Below, one piece after another: positions 42,201-55,276 of a stretch of DNA of 64,000 nt (position 1 is the first letter of the stretch; the number at the start of each line of letters is the position of its first letter). Under the pieces are notes generated by a model that was not told the origin of the DNA, searched no databases, and saw nothing but the letters and a program-made list of their open reading frames with translations. The stretch spans positions 14,125,250-14,189,249 of the forward strand of contig CM082581.2 in the NCBI GenBank assembly GCA_040954595.2. The letters run 5' to 3'. Source of the DNA: Balanoglossus misakiensis. Lineage: Eukaryota; Animalia; Hemichordata. The translations under genes and the position numbers were made by a program.

Positions 42201-45200
42201 AACACGGAGTTATTGGCGTTAGGCGCTAGTTGCAATCATTGGCCGGATATTACGTTTGAGTCAAAAAGTAGGTCGGACGCAAGAAATGTTGTGTAAGCAT
42301 CCTCGGCGATTGTTAGGAAGAACTTGTTCTCAGAAAAGCCGCGCCCTTTCAAATTGTCCACAAATTGATGTAATGACGCAAAAGGTTTTTGTTGTAAATG
42401 CACGATAACTCCTTGCCTGGTCGTTGCACCATATTGACCCCTACTTATGTGATTTAGTTCGTATTAATCCCACATTTTCCTCAAGAATAACTACTGCGTT
42501 TCATTTTACATTTATTGTTATTATAGCGCTATTCACAATCACTAGATGGAAAGAAAATTACAGGAATATAAAACAAACTACAGGGCATAGACTATTTTTG
42601 TGGCCGAATGCTATGTGTGGCGTCCAGTTAACGCGTTTCAAATATTTGCAGATTCCTTAATTAACGGTCGTTAATTACACATATCAAGTGTTTTACAAAT
42701 ATTTAGATGCCATTCACTGGGTCGTGTTTTAGAGATAACGTGACATTACTTTGTTAAGCCAAATGGCATCGGCCTTCTAAAGAAAAGTTACGTCATTCAT
42801 CAGTTGTGTCAATGCAAACACTTCTCTTGTAAAACTGCCTTTATAAAAAATCCGATTTGACATGGCCACCTTGGAGGCTGACTCCACGTGACAGTCTCGC
42901 ACACACACTTCTAGCACGCGATAAGCTTTTAAGATTCAAACCACATGATATTGTTGAATACAATTACTATCACTATTACATCATGACTTGGAGTAATATT
43001 TTGCTTGCGTGTACGACGGTTGCTTTGAACAGTGCAGAAATTATTCCCTGACACCTACATGTATAAAATCTGCGCTGTTCAACAATTTTAATTTACAAAT
43101 ATGTTTTATCTCTCCTTTCTACAGTCATACAATTTATCTGTTTCGTGAAAGACACATATAACAAATATATACCGTTTCAATAGCTGGTAGCTTTTGGTAA
43201 CTGGATCTTGTGAACATACAACTTGATAACATTATCCCAATGTTCAGTGGCCGTGGGGTCAAACACCTTCTTTGATGTTTATACGCAAGGTTGGACTTGC
43301 ATAAAAAGGAAATCAAAGGTTATTATTAAACGATCAGCATAGAATAATTTAAATACTTGAATTGTAGGATGTTGGCATTGCTAAAATTTTCCGTCGCGTT
43401 GCATTAAACCCATTACAGGTTGACATATGTATTGAACCACCAAAGTAGCCACGTCCAAACACATACATGTTCACGGGCATACACACACAAGTTATACATG
43501 GCGGAGCCGATTCTTTTTATGGTGCATTTCACTTTGAATACTTCAGACACCGATCGAATTTTAACTAGACAATTTAATTGGCTCCCTGCTTGAACGCTCA
43601 AGTTGCAAACTTTCCATGCGAGTTCTACCCATCGTCTGCCAATCATTAAATTCAACGACGCTTCGTTTCTGTGTCGCGTCCGACTGCGCGGCCCATCGTC
43701 GACGACATTGATCGCTGCCCAATTTAAATGCCTGGAGACGCTCTAATCAAAGACAGCCACCGAAAAAACGCGCCAGACAAGATTTACACGAGATACCGCG
43801 CGTGTTGCATGGAGCAAAATATTTTGTGTAAAGTCCCCAGGCATTTCAAATGAACATATAGTGGATTTGATAAAGAACGCCAAGACTGCAATCGTCATAT
43901 CTTTGGATAATCAGAAGGCGCTAGTAAATAAGGAACTGGAACATATTTATCTACTTATGAATCATTCAACGGCATCGAATCTGATACCTTCCCTCCACAA
44001 TAGAACAAAACAAAAGCGGACCAGAAGATCCAACAGTAAAATTGGCAGCAAATATATTAAGATTAGAAAAACTCCAGCAAATCTGTTATTTGGACAGAGC
44101 ACAGGGGAAAAAATAATTACATCTTAGATTTCAATTCGCACTTGCACCGTTGAACAGAAACAGCGCGTATATTCAGGGACTTGTAAAATTCCATTTCGTG
44201 ATTTCATTAATCCTCCTAAATCTTGCCGTTAAAATCAAGATTATTATTGACAGAACAAGATTGTTATTTTGGAGAAATATGAGTTTGTACAGCGCTCTGC
44301 GTGTGCGTACAAGTCATGTCCACCAGGCAGCACGGAAACGCTTATCGATATCGTGGTTGAGTTATTAATTAAGACTATTAATAGCAGCGTTTATAATTGT
44401 GATCATATTCAGTATTTGAATTCTTTTGTAGTGTGAATCTTCAAAGAAACAGTTCAATCATCATATTGCTCTTGACTTTTTCTCAGGATCCCATTTATCA
44501 ACGGGTCAGAGGGTGTCCCAGAAAAACACATTATGTAGGGGCGAAATTTCAAAAATGCTCGGAATGAAAAGGAGGTCACAACGTCGCATTCATGGACCTA
44601 TATTCGTCGCGTTTTTGACAGAAGTGGCTGACTGGAAGACACTATTTTATCTGTCGAACGTCAGCATTATTGCTCTTCAAACTTGACAGTTTCTCGTTTG
44701 CACCCAGAAAAAAAAGAATGATCGCCGGAACTCTGCAAAATTGTTTCACACACTCTTCTCCTCGTGCCACTGCAGATATACAAATATCCCAACGCTCGCG
44801 AAACATGGAAGCCATATGCAGTGGAACTCGATGCGCCTGATGTGTAGCTTGTCTCGTCAACCAAAGCAATTTATCAGAACAAATCGCCTCGAATGTTCAG
44901 CATTTGAAGACGGGTTCATATCAGCACAACCAGCTCGGTGTCTGTAGAGAATTACTCAGTTAAAGCAGCCGATTTTATCATATTTTTTCAATTCCGAGGG
45001 GGACGCAGGATTTTTCTCAACGCGTTGTCTCCCAGACAGCAGAGATTCTCTCTTGTATTAAAATATCTATCTCTCATTCAACAGCAAGCTCTTATCGCTT
45101 CTTCTACGCCTGAATACATGCCATCCCTCGTCCACTACTTAAATATATATTCGCCATTATTATCAATGCAGTGAATTACAATGTCCTTTGGAAGGACGTA

Positions 45201-47366
45201 TACGTTTCGTCAGATCACTTTTTAATCTTCCGACAACTCATAACGCACCCAAAAGAAGTCATAATAATTCTGATGAAAATAAAGCCGAGCCACAGCACAT
45301 GCTTTGCATTATTCCATTCCTGATTATGTAAATACCACGGCGTGATGAAATAATACTGATGTTATGTTCCTTAATTTATAAATGGACGATCGCGAGATGT
45401 ATTCAAAGCAGAATAAATAACAACGTTGTCGTGTGGGAGGGGAGGGGGTAGAAGGTTAACGTGATAGATCTTAATTTGACCCAGGAATTGGGCTGATACC
45501 TTGGGGAGAAGTATGAAAAATTCCCGTTGAATTACGACATATTTCCGTTCATTAGCAGGGGGAAAATAATTTTTATCCAGACAAGAATTGATCAATCATA
45601 ACAGTGTAATGCAGGTCGGCGATACCTTTCACTGAGAATTAACTACATGTAATGTTTTACAACGACACTGTGTACATTGCTGTGTTAAAGAGCAAGCCAT
45701 TGGAACTGTTATTGCGGGAAAACTTGGACTGTTGAAATGTGGACAAAATAGATTATGCACCAGATTGACCAAACATTTATGTCTTTTATCCAGCCGACAC
45801 CACAAAAGAATGTACGTGTCAGTTTTCACATAGATCTTAGATGCTGCAACATGGGATTGCTAGCACCTGAAAACTTGACAGTAATAGAAAGTGGGTAAAT
45901 CTAAATCTGCTAGATCGATAAATTCAATTCAGCCCAGATTTACAACAGCAGCCAGCAATGGCACTATTTTTAGAAACTGTATGTTGTTTTAGAAGGAAAA
46001 ATTATAAGCGACCAAATAATACGAAACAGAATGAAATTAATAAATTAGCGTAGCAGATGAAATAATTCTTTAAAATTTTCCCACATTTCAACGAAATCCA
46101 ATCATCTGAAAATAGTGCCAATCGTATTATAGGCACATTTCAGTCGCTTGCAAGTACCAACAGAAACCCTTCATCTTTCTGCTGTGACCTGACATTATAC
46201 AGAACGTCTCATTCCACATAAATATAAAAATTATGTTTAAAATCCGCTGAATTGCTCTAGTTATTCGAGCTTTTCTCGCTGCCTCTAGGACAATATTTCA
46301 GTGGTATGATGTTTAACGTGTAAAAATCATCTGTGTCATCTCCGCATCGTGCCAGTACACCAGCGAACGAGAATTTCCGGCGGTCATTCGTACATGGTAG
46401 CGTCACTGAGTCAGTAGTCAACTTGCGAAACACAATTGCATGAATGCACGTACAGAAGATGTCAGTACGAGTATTTGCCTTCCAAAATATCGACGTGTGA
46501 CGACAACGTAACCATACTCGACTTCTACAGGGCTCTGCAGTTCAGTTATAAACAAGCAGCGCCTTCGATTGAATTACAGGCCTGTCAAATGCAAGATGTG
46601 ACAAATCACTCAAATGTAATCACACAAAATCTATTTTTAGCAAATGTTTGGCAAAATACGTACTTGCCAGGACTACCAAAGCTGTAGAAAAGTCTACCCA
46701 ATGTTATAAACCCACGCTATGCTCCAGTCCAGATGAGAAGTGTTTCCATTGCCCTTTAGTCAATCACAAACCTAGACACATGCAAACCATCCATCATTTC
46801 ATTTTACAGCCAGGTCAGACAATAGCAATTACAGTTATTTATTTTAATTTCATGGTCCTCGGCAGTCATTTGACAAATGTTTTATCCTCGGGGCAAAATA
46901 ACAAGTCGATAGAGGATGATGTAATGATAAGTGCTATTATGCAGCGGAACGCGATTTCCGCCACATTAATTTATGTGCGCCTAAATATAACTACGTTTAC
47001 TACGAACTCGTGAACGCTTTAGCTTGACAGAAACATTGTGATCATTCAAACTGCGAACAGATTGGTCCAATGTTTATTAGCCTTATGAATATGCACAAGT
47101 ACGCAGACTGGTAACATGCGGCATGTATTGTGGACTAGAAATTCTTGATATTGCTTCTGATAAGTGAACATAGCTCAGCCTCAGTTCTCCCACATTGTCA
47201 GGTACGTCTTTCCATTTCCCTCTCTGTAAAGTGATCACTGATGTGTTTAACGCGATCATGTTCTCTTCAGCGACACTTGAACTTGTGCATATGAGGGGCC
47301 ATTTGTACACGGAGCAAGCCTTATGTTTCTGCCTGCCTATCCCAATTAATTCCTACCCTCACTCCC

Positions 47367-47404
47367 TCTGTCTGTCTGTCTGCCTGCCTGCCTATCTATC
47401 TGTC
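47367..47404. repeat. (CTGT)n/(CTGC)n/(CTAT)n compound microsatellite
   Basis: TCTGTCTGTCTGTCTGCCTGCCTGCCTATCTATCTGTC. Confidence 0.8.
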
Positions 47405-48816
47405 TTGTCTCCATATCCTCTCTCCCCAAAACCTTATGACAATCCACCTCTTTATAGAGAACCTACGCATATTAGTCTTGACGGCCGTGGCCGGTTCATT
47501 CGCGAACATTAATCCTGGTAGTCAGGAAAGCAGGGGCGTTGACGCTCAAACCACCGTGTCTATCATCACCTCGGGCGAAATCACTGCACATACAGTGGCA
47601 ATCAATCGGGGAACTACACTTCCTGTAATATCAGGGGTCTCAATCGCGGATTTAACACGTCCCAGACAAATAAAAAAAAAAACGGGGATGCTTGAGTAAC
47701 GCTTCTACTTCACATAAATACCCCTCGAAGAATGGGATCACTCTAAACAATTATCGCCGCCGATTTTAGAACACTTGTTACTAAACATAGAAAGCCCTGC
47801 CACCGGAGTGAACTTTGCTTTTTGTGAACTCGGTCTTGGGGTCATGCTGACAGGGGCCTGCAGATGTCCATTCGAATTCCTAAGGTCAACAATGTTAAGA
47901 CAAGTCTCTTTGAAAGACGAGAGCTCTTGGGGCGTGTCGTACACGATGAAGTAGAACTTTGTCAACGATCTTGAAGATTGATTTTAATTAATCGCAGACC
48001 CCGTCACAAAAATGCCTGACCGCCGAAACGCACATGTAAGGAAAGGGAAAGTGATAAGCTAGTATGGAGAAAAGACCCATCTTAAGCAATTATCACACTG
48101 TTGGCATATCGCTCGATTAGACCAAGACCGTTGGTCTAAACGTGTTTTACTAAGGAATATGATAGGCGCTGATAGGCAACCAGATGCTAAACAAACAAGT
48201 ACAAACCCTATGTTGAGTATAGATTTACTAATATGTATACCGAGCCTTCACTAACATGACCTGGTAGCAGGCAATGGAAAGATAAACGACATCACGAAGT
48301 AATTCTGCTCAGGTCTTTTTAGCATGCAATGTAAAAAAAATATGAATATGAGTCAGACTAGTTGAGCTTGTGTGGCTTTGTTCAGTTTATGCATTCGCCG
48401 CCCATCCACAAGCAATTGCTTCGAAAGGTTCAAGTTAGATTGCTACGTAATCAAAAAATGTCAAATAATATTTCAATTGTTTTTCAAGTGTGTGCGTAAT
48501 ATTGCTCCACCCTGCTCTCTGGTGAGCGAGACAGTATGGTTGAGTGGTGCCAGATTAGCCCATATAGGCTTTATATCTTCCTTGGCTGGTGGGTTGTGAT
48601 ATGTGGAAACGTACATGGTTGCAATTGTCCGTGACCCAGTTACCCAAATCTTGAATGTCAATGAAATGTCATAGTCAACAGGGGTATATACTGTCATATT
48701 TTCGATGAAAGTTTAACTTGCTCCCGCATTTTGCACATTAACATATATTTACCAGGGACAGTTTTCTTTTGCCAAGCTACTTCACTGCGATCTCCAGTGA
48801 ACGCCACTCGACGTAC

Positions 48817-48836
48817 ATATATATATATATATATAT
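48817..48836. repeat. (AT)n microsatellite
   Basis: About 10 AT units. Confidence 0.85.
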
Positions 48837-50678
48837 TCAGTTAATTTCGGTCGCGATTGCTCGTAAAAAAAGTGCAATTTGTAGAGCTGTTGAATGGAAT
48901 CTGAATGTGTGTGCAACCGCTGTTCATTGTGTGGCTGTTCATTATGGACGGGGTGCTCTGCCCAATTTGAAGTCTTATCTAAACCAGTGTAATGGGCGTC
49001 AAATAAATAACAGGATAAGAACATTCGTGCATTAATCAAGAAGAACATGAAATACCATTTATCTTTTAACAATTCAATTTACCGTGCCTTTACATGATTA
49101 GATTCTTTTTTTCTGACCTGCTAGTAGTACAAGACCGTTGTTAATTATTTCAAAGAGACGGCTGGCATTGTCTTAACATCACTCTTATAATACGTGGGGT
49201 TTACGTGTTCAGAACTTTCAAGTCCCCTTTTTTCAAAAACCAACCAACTTATTCTTGCGCACAACTTTTTTTGCATATTTCGTTTTTAGGTTTGATGTCC
49301 AGCTTGTCTATAATTAACAGCTGCAAAGAATTTATGAAACATACAAAACGTCCAACCAAAAAGAGTATCGAGGTACGATAACCATTAATTGCCAATGGAA
49401 TTAAATTCTGTGTTTATAAAATGACAGAGTTGCTGTATTATCGACGACAAGACAATTCCCCTGGCTGCTGGGGAAATGCTCACATTGAACAATCTATCAC
49501 AAAAAGTAATGGGCAAATGTAAGAAAAGCGTTCTACGCATGAAGTACGCAAAATACAGGAGCAAAACCATCCACGACCTTTGTGCTGACTCAGAGACATA
49601 TTTAAGACAGTAAGCCGTCACCATTTGGTGGCCAACACTCATATGTGTGTACTAATACCAGTGAATGTTAATTGGAAGTGAAAACATTTACAGTGTGTGT
49701 GAGTGGCTCGCAGATATTGCAACACGACCGATAAATCTTACACATCTATGCTGTGGTATTTTGGGGCCCTACGTGATCTCTCGCTTAAGTAATCTAACAC
49801 ATTTGCTCGAGGTGACAGCAAGAGATCTTGTGTGTGTGCTTTTTCTAGACTGCATCGTACAATTACAAGTGGCCCTTGTTATCAGCAATGTTGACTTGAT
49901 CGACTGTGCTATCACTCTGAAATCTCTCCCTTTCACATTTTCTTCCCTCGAACATCGCACTTCTTTCACTGTGATTAGCCTCAGGTAGCGATTAAACAGT
50001 TCCACGCCAATAATTGTAACGCCATCGCTTGCTCGTTTTCACAACACCTCTGTTTGTTTGTACAGGTTGAAAATGAATTTATTGCCAATTTGATCGATTT
50101 CGACGTTTTGACACGTTTTTCGATGTAGCGTGAATTCTAACGAATACCTGTGTGGTGACAGGAGACTTTAACTGTTCATAAAGCACTGTGATGCAACCAC
50201 ACGTTTTCGGATATTGTTACTGTGTAAATTCCGTTCTGTTCAGTCGTCCATGTTTTCTCTCCTATATGCGTTTTACTCCCTGATTACAAAGCGTGAACAA
50301 TGTATCCATGTCACGATGAAATGCCATCGGGAAGCTTGGTCTTCGGCTAATAAGCGCCTGTGTGTAACAAATGATGGTGGGTTAGAAACACCATCTGATC
50401 AAGGAATTTATCGGGACATACTTCATCAGGATTTATATTCATGAGACCTCCAGTAGTCTCTGTTGGTTTGCGTCTGTTACTCTTAGGAATCACATTAAAG
50501 CAAATGTGGCATTCAAGATATGGTAATGTTTTATTTGATGCTTACTCTTGTGGCGTGGATTTCCATCGAGGTAAAGCCTGGGATAGCCCAGTTGTCATCA
50601 ATCACGTGACTCCACAAACAGTCGATCCTCATTATCTAAGTCTTAAATCTAAACATACTCCACAGTTTAGTTTGTTTC

Positions 50679-50716
50679 TCACTCACCTACCCACTCACTC
50701 ACTCACTCACTCACTC
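50679..50716. repeat. (CACT)n microsatellite
   Basis: CACTCACCTACCCACTCACTCACTCACTCACTCACT. Confidence 0.8.
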
Positions 50717-51816
50717 TCCCAGTTGCTCATTCTCTCAATCATCACCGCAATAACCGCACAACACATGCAAACCCCTATTCCCACGCGAACAAAAATCCAA
50801 CGCTCAAACATCAATGGATACAACCCCTTCGCCTTTAAGACACCCCTGTGCACTTTTGACAGCACGTGGTGGTTGTTGGGGTCCCAGTCAACACGTGAGT
50901 ACAGTGGCCTACATTTTCAGTCAGTAAACGACACACCTTTCCGTCTACATCTGTATCCATCCGCGATAACCGTCTGGACAGGATCGGATAATGATGAATT
51001 AACCAATTTTCTCTTCTTTGGCGTCTTGTGTTTTCTCAAGCAGAGCACCGTTTATTATTCCACTTAATAAAACAGGGAACCTATCCGTATTCATTTGTCA
51101 GAAAACAGAAAGTTTCTGGAGTTTATTTGGTTCAAGTACGCACAAGGAGCTTCTGTATAATGTATTGCTCACGTTGCACATAGTGCCATAATTCTTCTTT
51201 TCCAAACATGTTATGGTGACAAAAATGTAGGGCGGTGCAAGACTGGGTCGCTTTATTTTCGTAACCGTTTCCCATGTCGACTTAAAGCGCCAGTGTCATA
51301 TCTGATGTGAATGAAATCACTGGAATGTTTTGTTGAGGAAAAATAACATATGTGTTCAATTTTGAAATGTAAGGTGACATTCTCTTTTGGTCAGACGAGC
51401 TGAGCTCGATGGCAAGTTTCTTGAACAGGAATTTAATTTGGTTGCTAATATCTTGCATTGGTTAATTTACTTTGCCTTATAGCAAAGTCCTTTTGAGCAC
51501 TCACAACCGTCTTTGGAAAACGAAATTCCAATATATATATACATCGGAGATTTGATGTGGGTAAACCAATTTATAGAATAGATCGCATGACTTCTGAAAC
51601 TGTAGTCTGCTGACTTGAGGCCGTTCAGTTTGAGATTATTGGACGCGTACCGATTCATTATCGAACGGATTATTTGTGTACTTTTGCGTGGATCCCAGTT
51701 TTCGTTTCTTAATTTAAACACGCTGAGTCTGATATGGCTCTTGGATAAAAACTAGCATCCCATCGTATTACTTTCAAACAGCAGCATAACTCGGTATTCG
51801 TGCAAGTGATCACTCT

Positions 51817-51824
51817 TGACGTCA
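51817..51824. promoter_or_regulatory. Full CRE palindrome 150 bp upstream of the receptor ATG
   Basis: TGACGTCA. Function untested. Confidence 0.3.
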
Positions 51825-51850
51825 CCTCCCGGTGTGTGTTGATGATAACA

Positions 51851-51873
51851 TTTTGTTCTTTTCTCCAATGCAG
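51851..51873 (+). promoter_or_regulatory. Putative 3' splice acceptor of a 5'UTR intron of the receptor gene
   Basis: Polypyrimidine tract TTTTGTTCTTTTCTCC followed by AATGCAG|G, 93 nt upstream of the ATG. An in-frame TGA lies between acceptor and ATG, so the exon start is untranslated. Confidence 0.6.
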
Positions 51874-51919
51874 GTGTCTGCCCGTGCTGCATCCTGAAGG
51901 CATGTCTTGAAAATTACCC

Positions 51920-51970
51920 ATGTGTACACGTAAACCACGCAAGATGACTGTTGTGACCCGTCTCCAATGA
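51920..51970 (+). promoter_or_regulatory. Upstream ORF (16 aa, MCTRKPRKMTVVTRLQ) whose stop overlaps the receptor's first ATG (ATGA)
   Basis: Read directly: ATG at 51920, TGA at 51968-51970. A minimal uORF ATG-TCT-TGA is also present at 51902-51910. Function is inferred. Confidence 0.5.
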
Positions 51971-53298
51971 GAAAGTTGAGAACGGCCGTTGTAACCATGG
52001 CGAACAGTACAGCTAACGTTACTACGACGGACGCCACTCTCATTCTAACACTTCTGATGCAGACCGGATCGGGATTTGCCACGGCAGATGTCGTAACTCA
52101 ACTCATAGATCCCTCTACGCCGCCGGGAGTCAGTCGCCTACCTGGGGACATGATTCGCACACCGCCACTGGCATCATTGCCTTCATCGTCCACTGTACTC
52201 CCCACCCAACTTCCCCCACAGAACAGTGCTGAAACCATCCTAATTGGGATTATCCTAGGATTCATTATTCTGTTCACGGTGATGGGCAACACTTTGGTCA
52301 TTATCTCCGTGTTTGTGTATCGACGCCTCAGAACTAACGTGACCAACTGGTTCATCGTCTCTCTGGCCATCTCCGATCTCCTCGTTGCCATCCTGGTCAT
52401 GACGTGGGCGGCGGTCAACTTTGTGGCCGGCTATTGGCCCTTCGGCAATTTTTGCCAGGTGCACATGGCATTGGATATAATGCTCTCCACTGCTTCCATT
52501 CTGAACCTCTGTGTTATAAGTGTGGACAGGTACTGGGCGGTGATGAAACCATTCCAATATCAAACCAAGATGACACAAAAGAGAGCACTCATGATGATTA
52601 TCGTTGCCTGGATACTCGCTGGTCTGGTTTCCTTTCTTCCAGTGATGACACAGGCCCATCGCGTCCCCGGCGACAAGGACTCCTTAAAGGCAGACCCACC
52701 GCAATGTGAGTTCAAGCTCAATGGCATCTACGCCACTGTCTCTTCCGCCATCAGCTTCTACATTCCCAGTACTATTATACTCATCATCTACTACAGAATA
52801 TACCAGACGGCAAGTCGAATTGAAAAACAGATCAAACAACAAGAGAGAACGTTAAATATCAAACACAAACACTCGAGAAGCTTTGGGGAGAGGAAAGCGG
52901 TCAAGACTTTCGGTTTGATCATTGGAGTGTTTGTGATATGCTGGTTACCGTTCTTTATCGTCAACTGCATCAGAGCTTTTTGTGATCACTGTGTCCCTAT
53001 CGAGTGTTTCATAGCCCTCACCTGGCTGGGTTGGGTGAACAGTACGCTGAACCCAATCATCTATGCCACCAATCGCGACTTTAGGAGAGCGTTTCGACAG
53101 CTCCTGTGCTGCGGCAGGCCGCACGCCACGGGGCGGCCACACTGGGACTACTTCAGCGAGTGCAGTCCCTCTGAGGTGAGGAGGGCTTCGCGGACAAGAT
53201 CCGTCATTAATGGATCCTCGGTGAAAATCAGCGTTACTAATCAGACTATAGACTTGGCGTCCCACTGTGAAAGGCTGGAAATGACGTCAGACCTGTAA
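51967..53298 (+). CDS. D1-like dopamine receptor (rhodopsin-family aminergic GPCR), intronless coding region, 443 aa; likely start Met11 at 51997
   Basis: Seven hydrophobic segments with class A motifs: GN (TM1), LAISD (TM2), WPFG (ECL1), D3.32 in [25 protein letters not shown] (close to vertebrate D1 [25 protein letters not shown]), catechol serines in [23 protein letters not shown] (N6.55), [15 protein letters not shown], helix-8 DFRRAF and a CC palmitoylation site. Short ICL3, long C-tail, N-terminal sequons NST/NVT. Confidence 0.93.
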   Translation: [443 protein letters not shown]

Positions 53299-55276
53299 TA
53301 TCGGCTGTTTTGACACAACATGTATATGTGAAATATTTGTTTGTCGGGGGAATTGGACAGTTTAGTTATTATTTACATGAATTTTCCAAAGAATCCAAAG
53401 ATATTAACAGTTTTCACACAAAATAATTTATGACAGTAAGACAGCGTATGCAAATTTAATATTCTAAGTGGACTTACTGGCGTAATTTGAAGAGAAAAAT
53501 CTTTCAACTTTTTTTTAGTTTTGAAGGAAATAGATTATGTATATTCATGTCTATGGCCAACCAGAATTTTGCATTTTTTCAAAATAGACAATTTAAAACA
53601 ATACCGCAGTCAAGTTGATATTGAAAGGTTCGTTAGGTTGAAATATCATCGTAATCTTGCAGGACACAGACTATTTTTACACTGAAAATCATTTGACCGT
53701 TTACATTTGACCGAAATCAAATCGATGTATTTACACTCTGGCTCATCATACCTCGCCATTTCCCGGGTATTCTATAGAATAGGTTTAAGGATAGACCCAG
53801 GAGGGTACATTGTTCAAACACAATTGCGAGTCTCCCGAAAGATCATTTCGGAAGTTATAGCTTCATACAGGCATTACATCTCGCATTTCAAGTTGCATCT
53901 TCATTTTGAATTCCCCAGTGCAGCTCTTTTTCACGTCTCAGATGGTCTTTTTAAAAGTGCAGACGAGACAGCCCGCGATAATATCAAATGCCTCGACATA
54001 CAACCTGTCTTTTCGCTGTTGGCATTTGTGTGATTCCATCGTGTTATGGTGTCTGTTGATGGCAAATGTCAGACAAACAATCCCTGATTCAGTGTTTCAA
54101 TAATCGTCTATTGAACTGGGTCACTTTTATGAGCACTGTTCGAACTAAATTAACCAAACATGGAGTCACCTTTCGAGCAAAGTGAAAATTGCTCGCAGAC
54201 AGGTAACTACTGTGATTTGCATGTGAAAACGGGCGAACCGGTGATTTAAAACGCAGCCTATCATGTTGGCAGCTGGTATAGTCAATATGCAACACGAAAT
54301 CGGTGATTTATAGCGTTTATCATTAAAAGGGATATATATGTTGCTCAATGTGTATAATACGATTTGAAAACATACATAAAAACCCACATTACTAGACGAA
54401 AAGTACAGAGAAATTGAAGGTTAATTGGGCGTTGGTTGTAAGTCGGCCATTCGTATGTCCTGCCCATGCACCGGAAATGAAACACGTCCAAATCTTGAAC
54501 AGTCAAGTGTTTGTAAAAATTCTCGTGCTCTTACGCGCCAATTTTGCAAGTTGCACCATTAAATTGTAGGTAGCAAGCGGAAGAGCAAAATCTCGACGAG
54601 GGACGCCGAGGGAATATCCCTTAACTTTACTGCAACGCAGACGACGAATTGTGTCAAAATCCAAACATCATGTTGGACCACTTTCTTTTATCGTGTGTAA
54701 TGACCTATGCTACACTCTATATACCAGACACAAAATTGTTCACAAGCAGGACTGCGCAGTCTCAGGTAGCTGTATATAATGTATATTTTCAACTTTGACT
54801 TCGGTTGCTGAGAAAGTAAGTTACGATATATTATGACGTATATTTTTGAATACTAATGTGGCAATCTGTTTCTTACTGGTGGAGAGACAGTTCACACACC
54901 CTGATTGAAAAGTACCAAGTGGACTTGTATACAAAGATTATCGATGCATATTGAAAAGGTAACATATTCATTTGTATTGAATAGGGTTGAAGTTACGGAT
55001 TAAGTCATCAGTTTATCTGGCAACTTAAATTCTTGTTATCCAGTTTGACATATTTAATGTTAATTGGACGTCAGTTCAGTGCAAACAGATTTTAATACAG
55101 TATAAGGTACACAATGTTGCATTTGTAAATAGCTGCTCTTTCTCTGTCTTATGACCTATTTCCACTGGTAAAGAGACTGATTCTATACGTCAGAACTCTG
55201 TGTCTGAAATTCACTTAATTTGAATTTCATAAGTTATGTATTAACCATTTTACGCGGTGAAATTCCGCTGAAACGG

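Noticed and set aside
50441-51067. 208-aa ORF upstream of the receptor
   Set aside because: No recognisable domain, and it runs through a (CACT)n microsatellite. Likely chance.
51822-53265. Antisense and alternate-frame ORFs overlapping the receptor
   Set aside because: Shadow ORFs of a GC-richer coding sequence.
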